Shown here piece by piece: positions 57,846 through 64,000 of a stretch of DNA of 64,000 nucleotides (positions are counted from its first letter, which is position 1; each line of letters starts with the position of its first letter). Position numbers and translations under genes: made by a program. This DNA is from Cyclobacteriaceae bacterium (lineage in GTDB: Bacteria; Bacteroidota; Bacteroidia; Cytophagales; Cyclobacteriaceae): assembly GCA_044227305.1 (NCBI GenBank), contig JBGAFJ010000003.1:89667-153666 (forward strand). Direction: 5' to 3'. The notes beneath the pieces are model-generated. The model saw nothing but the letters and a program-made list of their open reading frames with translations, searched no databases and had not been told where the DNA came from.

Positions 57846-59477
57846 ATGAGCGAAATCAACAATAATCCGCGTCAAATAGGCCTCCCGTTGGTGTTATGCA
57901 TTGGTCTGGCGGCGGGCGTGCTGGTGGGCGCCAGCCTCAATTCTACGTCCATCGTGAAGTCCGACTCGAACAGCGACGATGTCCGGAAATTCCAGGAAGT
58001 GCTGGGACTCATAAAAAGCGAATACGTAGACACCACGCAAACCAACGCACTGGTCGACGATGCCATTCAGCATATGCTCGACAAGCTTGATCCGCACTCA
58101 TCCTATATTCCGGTAAGTCAACGCATCGAAGCCAACGAAGATCTGCAAGGCAATTTCGAAGGCATCGGCATCGAGTTTAATATTTTTCATGACACGCTTG
58201 TGGTGGTCTCTGCTTTGAGCGGCGGTCCGTCTGAAGCAGTTGGACTCCGGCCGGGTGACAAGATTGTAAAAGTGGGTGAAAAGACCATCGCCAACGTGGG
58301 CTTGACCAATCCACAGGTGATGAAACTCCTCAAGGGACCGAAAGGCACGGAAGCAAAAATCGAAGTGCTTCGTAAGAATGTGAAAGATCCCCTCAAATTC
58401 AACATCATCCGTGACCGCATACCACAGCATTCGATCGACGTTGCGTACATGGTAGATCGCGAGACAGGTTACATCAAAATAAATCGTTTCTCACAAACGA
58501 CTTACGAGGAATTCCGCAAATCACTGGATGACCTGAAGAAGGAGGGAATGAAAAAGCTTGTACTCGATTTGCAGGGGAATCCCGGCGGATACATGAATCA
58601 GGCCATCGATCTTGCTGATGAATTTCTCTCCAAGGGAGAAAAAATCGTGTTTACGAAGGCGAAGGACTCAAAATACAATTCAGAAGCACTTTCTACAGAG
58701 AAAGGTGATTTCGAAAAAGGGGATCTGATCGTTTTGGTCAACGAAGGCAGTGCTTCTGCCTCCGAGATTCTTGCAGGAGCGTTACAGGATAACGACCGCG
58801 CGTTGGTGGTGGGAAGGCGTTCCTTTGGTAAAGGGCTCGTTCAATCTCCGTTTGACCTCAGCGATGGTTCCGAGTTGAGACTCACCATATCCCGGTATTA
58901 TACCCCAAGCGGCAGATCTATCCAAAAGCCTTATGGCGATCTGGAAGATTATTCGAAAGACATGCTGAAGCGATACAAGCACGGTGAGTTCTTCATCGCC
59001 GACAGCATCAAATTCAATGACTCCTTGAAATATCTTACGCTCAATGGCAGGCAGGTATACGGCGGCGGGGGTATTATGCCCGACTATTTTGTTCCTCTGG
59101 ATACAACGCAGAACAGCAATTATCTCAACGAATTGTACATCTCTAACTCAATACAGGAATACACTTTCAATTATGCCGACCAAAAAAAGGATGAGTTGAC
59201 AAAAATGGGCTATGATAAATTCTATTCATCTTTTGCAGTGACTGATGAAATGCTGAATAAACTTGTGAAAGTCGGTGAGCAAAATCATGTGAAAGCAGAT
59301 TACAAAGACATGGCACGTCATAAGAAGGACTTTCAGATCAACGTAAAATCACAGATTGCACGAAGGATTTGGGGAAACCAGGGCTTCTATCCCATTTTTA
59401 ACGAAAACAACGAAATACTCCAGCAGGCCATCAAACTGTTCGACAGGATCCCTGATCTGAGCCGGCGCAAGATGTAG
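57846..59477 (+). CDS. C-terminal processing protease, S41 family with PDZ domain
   Basis: LDPHSSY, FEGIGIEF, LDLQGNPGG, SASASEI (catalytic Ser), SFGKG and YYTPSGRSIQ motifs. Confidence 0.93.
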   Translation: MSEINNNPRQIGLPLVLCIGLAAGVLVGASLNSTSIVKSDSNSDDVRKFQEVLGLIKSEYVDTTQTNALVDDAIQHMLDKLDPHSSYIPVSQRIEANEDLQGNFEGIGIEFNIFHDTLVVVSALSGGPSEAVGLRPGDKIVKVGEKTIANVGLTNPQVMKLLKGPKGTEAKIEVLRKNVKDPLKFNIIRDRIPQHSIDVAYMVDRETGYIKINRFSQTTYEEFRKSLDDLKKEGMKKLVLDLQGNPGGYMNQAIDLADEFLSKGEKIVFTKAKDSKYNSEALSTEKGDFEKGDLIVLVNEGSASASEILAGALQDNDRALVVGRRSFGKGLVQSPFDLSDGSELRLTISRYYTPSGRSIQKPYGDLEDYSKDMLKRYKHGEFFIADSIKFNDSLKYLTLNGRQVYGGGGIMPDYFVPLDTTQNSNYLNELYISNSIQEYTFNYADQKKDELTKMGYDKFYSSFAVTDEMLNKLVKVGEQNHVKADYKDMARHKKDFQINVKSQIARRIWGNQGFYPIFNENNEILQQAIKLFDRIPDLSRRKM

Positions 59478-59478
59478 A

Positions 59479-60354
59479 TCAACGTCTCACCTCGTAGATC
59501 ACAAATTTGTCGCTGACCATACGATGATAATACAAGGCTCTTCCATTGCTGGATAAGGACGGAGCTTCTACAAAGTCACCGAGTCCTGTAAGTTGAACAG
59601 GCACGTCAAAGGCGCTGTCTGTCGTTTTGCGCTTTGTATAAAAAATCTGAGGTGCTGAGGTCTCGCTCAAAGGTGCTGCAACCCGTGTAAAGAATAATTC
59701 CAGGTCATCCGTCGAAATGGATGCTGCGTACTCCAACTGATCGGTATTGACATTTTTCAGGATCTCGGAACTGTTCGCTGCTCTCTCAAATCCCGTCGCA
59801 GTCTTTGACGCCACAACGATGTCAGCCGCCTGCAACTTACCTCCCGAGTCATACTGCCCGTCTACAAAGTACATCGTATCCCCATTGTTGTTGATTTCAA
59901 CGTCGAAATTCACAATGCCAGCTTCTTTCCTCGATATACCCTGTACCAATGCGACGTTTGTGGCTTTACCCTCGGCAAACGTGCAGGTATAAACCGTGGA
60001 CAATAGACTGGCATAATCACGGGTGGAGATAAAGTAGAGATTCCCGGATTTGTCCATCGAAGGTGTTCCCTCAATATCAGCCGTGTTCACAGCGGCAATT
60101 TCTCCCTGGTACGTAAAGGTGTAGTCGTCTTTCCGGGTTGCCCAATGAAGGTTGGTATTCTCAGCCGGGGTGTTCAGATTATTGAACAGTAAATATTTGC
60201 CGTCGCGCGTGATGAATGGCTCCATCAGGTTGCCCGAATAGCCGGTCATCGTCACGCTGGTCGGTTTTGTGAAGAGGATCAGCTCCGGATCTTTGTTCTC
60301 GCATCCCCCAACGATAAAAACGGCTCCTAACCAAATAAAAACGGACAATCTCAT
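59479..60354 (-). CDS. Lipoprotein with TolB/PD40-like beta-propeller repeats
   Basis: Lipobox IVGGC. Repeats EPFITRDGKYLLF, TPSMDKSGNLYF, ASISTDDLELFF and APSLSSNGRALYY. Confidence 0.75.
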   Translation of the reverse strand: MRLSVFIWLGAVFIVGGCENKDPELILFTKPTSVTMTGYSGNLMEPFITRDGKYLLFNNLNTPAENTNLHWATRKDDYTFTYQGEIAAVNTADIEGTPSMDKSGNLYFISTRDYASLLSTVYTCTFAEGKATNVALVQGISRKEAGIVNFDVEINNNGDTMYFVDGQYDSGGKLQAADIVVASKTATGFERAANSSEILKNVNTDQLEYAASISTDDLELFFTRVAAPLSETSAPQIFYTKRKTTDSAFDVPVQLTGLGDFVEAPSLSSNGRALYYHRMVSDKFVIYEVRR

Positions 60355-60422
60355 GTCTCTTTATTTTCCCCGGTAAGTCACCACAAGGTACGGAAGGGTT
60401 GTTACCTTTAACATAGTGCGTG

Positions 60423-60430
60423 TATTTTTG
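60423..60430 (+). promoter_or_regulatory. Bacteroidota -7 box (TATTTTTG)
   Basis: TAnnTTTG 19 nt upstream of hmgA. Confidence 0.5.
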
Positions 60431-60449
60431 TACTATCATTTGCTAGCCT

Positions 60450-61640
60450 ATGTATTATCATCGACTTGGACAAATTCCGCCGAAACGTCACACCCAATTC
60501 CGTCAACCCGATGGAAGCCTGTATAAGGAAGAGGTTGTCAGCTCGGAAGGATTTTCAGGGATCTATTCAATCCTCTATCATGCGCACGCACCCACGCGCA
60601 TCAAAGAGTTGAAAGAACCCGTTAAGTACGGCCCTAAAAAACTGGAGGAGTACGGACTGCGCCAAACGCATTTGAACACTTCGAAAGTAGGAGCCACAGG
60701 TTCCGACTATCTCGACGCGCGAAAAGTGCTCTTGATGAACGCGGATTGTTCCATGTCAATCTGTTCGCCAACCAACAGAAAAATGGATTACTTCTACAAG
60801 AACGCCGAGGGCGATGAAGTACTTTTCATTCATGATGGAAGTGGCACACTGATCTCTCAGTTCGGCAAACTTGAATTTCGCCAGGGCGACTATGTTGTGA
60901 TTCCGCGCACGGTTATTTATAAGCTTGAATTCAACGAAGGGCCACTACGCCTTCTGATCATTGAATCCGCTTCACCCGTGGAGACGGTGAAAAGATATCG
61001 CAATCAACTCGGTCAGCTGCTTGAACATTCGCCCTATTGCGAGCGTGACATTCGTCCCCCGGTAGAACTCATCACCGAATCGAAGAAGGGCGACTATCTG
61101 ATAAAAATCAAAAAGCAGGGCTACTTGCATCAATATGTGTATGAACACAGTCCCCTGAATGTCGTGGGATGGGACGGGTTTTTATGGCCGTATGCTTTTT
61201 CTGTGCATGAGTTTGAACCGATCACCGGAAGGATTCACCAACCGCCGCCTGTTCACCAGACTTTTCAGGGCCACAATTTTGTGATCTGTTCTTTTGTGCC
61301 CAGACTATTCGACTATCATCCCCTCGCGATTCCTGCGCCTTACAATCACAGCAACATCGACAGCGATGAGGTGTTGTATTACGCGGAAGGAAATTTTATG
61401 AGCCGTCGCGGGATAGAGCGTGGGTCGTTTACACTGCACCCTGGAGGATTGCCTCATGGTCCCCATCCGGGTACGGTAGAAAAAAGCATTGGTGCAAAGG
61501 AAACAAAAGAGCTCGCCGTGATGCTTGATACCTTCCGGCCACTATACCTCACCACCGACGCAGAAACATTCATTGACAAAAACTATCCGATGAGCTGGAC
61601 TGACAAAAACGAAGGCTTCAACGAAGTGAATACACCCTGA
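60450..61640 (+). CDS. hmgA: Homogentisate 1,2-dioxygenase
   Basis: NAEGDEVLFIH, IHQPPPVH, PYNHSNIDSDE and TLHPGGLPHGPHP iron-ligand motifs. Confidence 0.93.
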   Translation: MYYHRLGQIPPKRHTQFRQPDGSLYKEEVVSSEGFSGIYSILYHAHAPTRIKELKEPVKYGPKKLEEYGLRQTHLNTSKVGATGSDYLDARKVLLMNADCSMSICSPTNRKMDYFYKNAEGDEVLFIHDGSGTLISQFGKLEFRQGDYVVIPRTVIYKLEFNEGPLRLLIIESASPVETVKRYRNQLGQLLEHSPYCERDIRPPVELITESKKGDYLIKIKKQGYLHQYVYEHSPLNVVGWDGFLWPYAFSVHEFEPITGRIHQPPPVHQTFQGHNFVICSFVPRLFDYHPLAIPAPYNHSNIDSDEVLYYAEGNFMSRRGIERGSFTLHPGGLPHGPHPGTVEKSIGAKETKELAVMLDTFRPLYLTTDAETFIDKNYPMSWTDKNEGFNEVNTP

Positions 61641-61643
61641 CGC

Positions 61644-62111
61644 ATGGAAAAATTCTCATTACCGATCCAGGTGCGCTGGTCGGATATCGATCAAAATCGA
61701 CACCTGCGTCACTCTGCTTATTACGACTACGGTGCGCTGGTTCGTTTCACAGGTTTTTCAATTCAGGGTTTATCCAATCAAAGACTGGAGGAAATGCACA
61801 TCGGACCGATTCTCTTCCGGGAAGAAGCAATCTTCAAAAGGGAGATTAAGTTCGAAGACCAGGTGACCGTGGACCTGGAAGTAACCAAAGCTACTGCTGA
61901 TTATTCCCGCTGGAGTATCCGGCATCATTTCTACAAACAGGACGGCGTATTATCCGCGGAGCTAAACATGGATGGTGCATGGATCGACGTGGGAAAGCGG
62001 AAATTGACGATCCCCAACCACGAGATTCAGCGGGTTTTCGATCAATTTCCCAAAGCTGCCGATTTTGAATGGGTCGTACGACCTGTTAAGTCAAGCGACA
62101 GCAAGTCCTGA
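61644..62111 (+). CDS. Acyl-CoA thioesterase (4HBT/FcbC hotdog family)
   Basis: VRWSDIDQNRHLRHSAYYDY motif. Confidence 0.88.
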   Translation: MEKFSLPIQVRWSDIDQNRHLRHSAYYDYGALVRFTGFSIQGLSNQRLEEMHIGPILFREEAIFKREIKFEDQVTVDLEVTKATADYSRWSIRHHFYKQDGVLSAELNMDGAWIDVGKRKLTIPNHEIQRVFDQFPKAADFEWVVRPVKSSDSKS

Positions 62112-62678
62112 AGCCCATTGCGCAATGACGCGCGGAAAGTGGGCATATTCCAATGCATGAACTTTCGCGGCGATGGTCGCCGCTGAATCCGTTGGGGCCA
62201 CCGGGCAGGATGCCTGAAAAATTATCTTTCCCTCATCAAACCTGGTATCGACCTCATGAATGGTGATACCCGTTTGCATCTCCCGCGCGGCAACAACCGC
62301 CTGGTGAACGTACTCACCGTACATTCCTTTGCCCCCGAATTTCGGTAACAGCGAAGGATGAATGTTGATGATGCGATGGGAGAAAGCGCGAATGATATTC
62401 TCCGGAACGAGCCACAGAAATCCGGCAAGCACCACATGGGTTACGTGAATATTTTTCAGCTTGTCAACTATCACATCACCGTGAAACTGCTCCCGATTAA
62501 ATACAATCGTTGGAACACCGAATCGGTGCGCACGCGCTAAGACTCCGGCATTCGGATTATTGGAAAGCACCAAGGCCACTGAAATGGTCAGGTCATCTTT
62601 GAAATGATCCATGATCGCCTCCGCATTCGTTCCGTTGCCCGAAGCAAAAATTGCAAGATTTACCTTTTTGATGTTCAT
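62091..62678 (-). CDS. purN: Phosphoribosylglycinamide formyltransferase
   Basis: IFASGNGTNA, LAGFL, INIHPSLLP and GITIHEVD...DEG motifs. Confidence 0.96.
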   Translation of the reverse strand: MNIKKVNLAIFASGNGTNAEAIMDHFKDDLTISVALVLSNNPNAGVLARAHRFGVPTIVFNREQFHGDVIVDKLKNIHVTHVVLAGFLWLVPENIIRAFSHRIINIHPSLLPKFGGKGMYGEYVHQAVVAAREMQTGITIHEVDTRFDEGKIIFQASCPVAPTDSAATIAAKVHALEYAHFPRVIAQWASGLAVA

Positions 62679-62714
62679 GCTGGCTTAAAGCTAATTAAGA
62701 ATTGAGAAGAACCA

Positions 62715-63542
62715 TCATAAAAAGGCCATGCTGATGATGCCTGCAAGCATAATGACTTTACAGAACTGACTTAACAGAAAAAAATCTGACTTTGTATCTG
62801 CGCGCACAAGCCAGCCCAGAAGTGCTGCCATCGGAAGAAAAAGTGTCCAGGCGAAAAAAGTCATGGGAAGTGTCGTAACGTACACATTCAGGGCGATGAC
62901 GGAGAGAGAAAAAAATCCCAGCAGGAAGTAAATAAAATTCTTTGTAGGACGAATTCCCCATACGATAGGGAGGGTCTTGCAGCCGAACGTATCATCCCCT
63001 TTGAGGTCTTCCAGGTCTTTAATGATCTCACGCACCAGGGTGATAAAGAATGCAAACAGCGAATAGATAATAATCGCGACGCTCAGAGGCGGATAAAAAA
63101 CATTCACGATCCATATCGAAAGACCCGTCAGCAGCGCGACGGCAAAATTCCCCACGAAGGGTTGTCGTTTGAGCGCATTGGAATACAGCCACAGCAGGAA
63201 CGCACAGAAAAAATTGAGCACTCCAACTTTCCATGAGACAAAAAAACCTAACGCAACGCCGGTCAGTGAAAGAAGCGTGTGCAAAAAGATCGCATACCGT
63301 CGCTTGATCCCCTTTCCTATTACCACTCGTTCTGGTTTGTTTACGAGGTCAATTTTTACGTCGTAATAATCGTTGATAATATAACCCCCCGCAGCGATCA
63401 ACAGGGTTGAAACAGACACGAGCAGCAACCTGAGATCATAAATCTTCTCCGGGTCGATCAGAAAAAAAACGGTGAAGTATTGCGCCAGCCCGATGATAAG
63501 CAAGTTCCAGAAACGGGTGATCAGAAGAAATGACCGAAGCAT
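62715..63542 (-). CDS. UbiA prenyltransferase family protein (DGGGP-synthase-like subfamily)
   Basis: Start at MLRSF (63542). INDYYD...NKPERV and REIIKDLEDLKGD Asp-rich motifs, with multiple TM segments. Confidence 0.9.
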   Translation of the reverse strand: MLRSFLLITRFWNLLIIGLAQYFTVFFLIDPEKIYDLRLLLVSVSTLLIAAGGYIINDYYDVKIDLVNKPERVVIGKGIKRRYAIFLHTLLSLTGVALGFFVSWKVGVLNFFCAFLLWLYSNALKRQPFVGNFAVALLTGLSIWIVNVFYPPLSVAIIIYSLFAFFITLVREIIKDLEDLKGDDTFGCKTLPIVWGIRPTKNFIYFLLGFFSLSVIALNVYVTTLPMTFFAWTLFLPMAALLGWLVRADTKSDFFLLSQFCKVIMLAGIISMAFL

Positions 63543-63562
63543 ATACTGACTGCGAAGATCGG

Positions 63563-64000
63563 CATAAAAAAGACACAATTCGCCACAAGTCACCAAGACT
63601 CAAAGGAGCCGACACAAAGTCTCTAAGACTCAAAGAAGCACAAAGGCGATTGGTATTGCGGTAAATTTAAACATACTCGGAAATAAAATATTTATATCAC
63701 TTGTACTTGTGCATAAATGAAGACACAAATCCGCCACAAAGTCACCAAAGCTCAAAGGAGCACAAAGCGGTACTTGTTATCAGTATAAAATCAGAAAAAG
63801 AAATCCTGGTGTCACTTCGTGCCCTGGTCCATAAAAAAGACACAATTCGCCACAAAGTCACCAAGACTCAAAGGAGCCGACACAAAGTCTCTAAGACTCA
63901 AAGAAGCACAAAGGCGATTGGTATCGCGGTAAGTTTTAACAAACTCAGAAATAAAATATTCGTGTCACTTTGTTTCATGACGCATAAATAACACGATTCC
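63563..64000. repeat. Tandem array of CACAAAG-type imperfect hairpin units, truncated by the window edge
   Basis: Units begin with CATAAA at 63563, 63712, 63830 and 63983. Units A and C are near-identical over their first ~95 nt. Confidence 0.9.

Noticed and set aside
62715-63542. Archaeal-like DGGGP synthase as evidence of ether lipids or gene transfer
   Set aside because: This UbiA subfamily is common in Bacteroidota, and no GGGP synthase partner is visible here.
63701-63991. 96-aa ORF in the terminal repeat array
   Set aside because: It is a translation of CACAAAG sub-repeats (HKVTKTQRS repeats) and is not credible as a gene.
1-64000. tRNA, rRNA, integrase, transposase or prophage genes
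   Set aside because: None recognised by eye or in the ORF track. A tRNAscan-SE or HMM search was not possible.

Overview
A 64 kb chromosomal segment from a Bacteroidota genome. Gene content, T9SS cargo and repeated TAnnTTTG promoter boxes suggest Cytophagales (inference). The right two-thirds is mostly housekeeping: mazG, glmM, cysteine desulfurase, recO, tdk, purH, mreBCD-mrdA-rodA, def, ruvX, an S41 protease, hmgA, purN and a UbiA-family gene. The left third is accessory: a delta-60 repeat surface protein, a MacB-like permease with a sigma-54 two-component system, and an 11 kb four-gene operon (lipoprotein, 2508-aa repeat T9SS protein, membrane-anchored protein, exported metacaspase). I found no tRNA, rRNA, CRISPR, integrase, transposase or reverse transcriptase. 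The most unusual signal is non-coding: several families of palindromic REP/MITE-like elements. One forms a polarised four-unit array that re-copies the last 20 codons of recO, and the distal copy carries a synonymously recoded tail. One lies in-frame inside a nitrilase-family gene, one supplies a gene's stop codon, several are nested, and another tandem hairpin array runs off the right edge. All family assignments come from motif recognition by eye; no database search was run.
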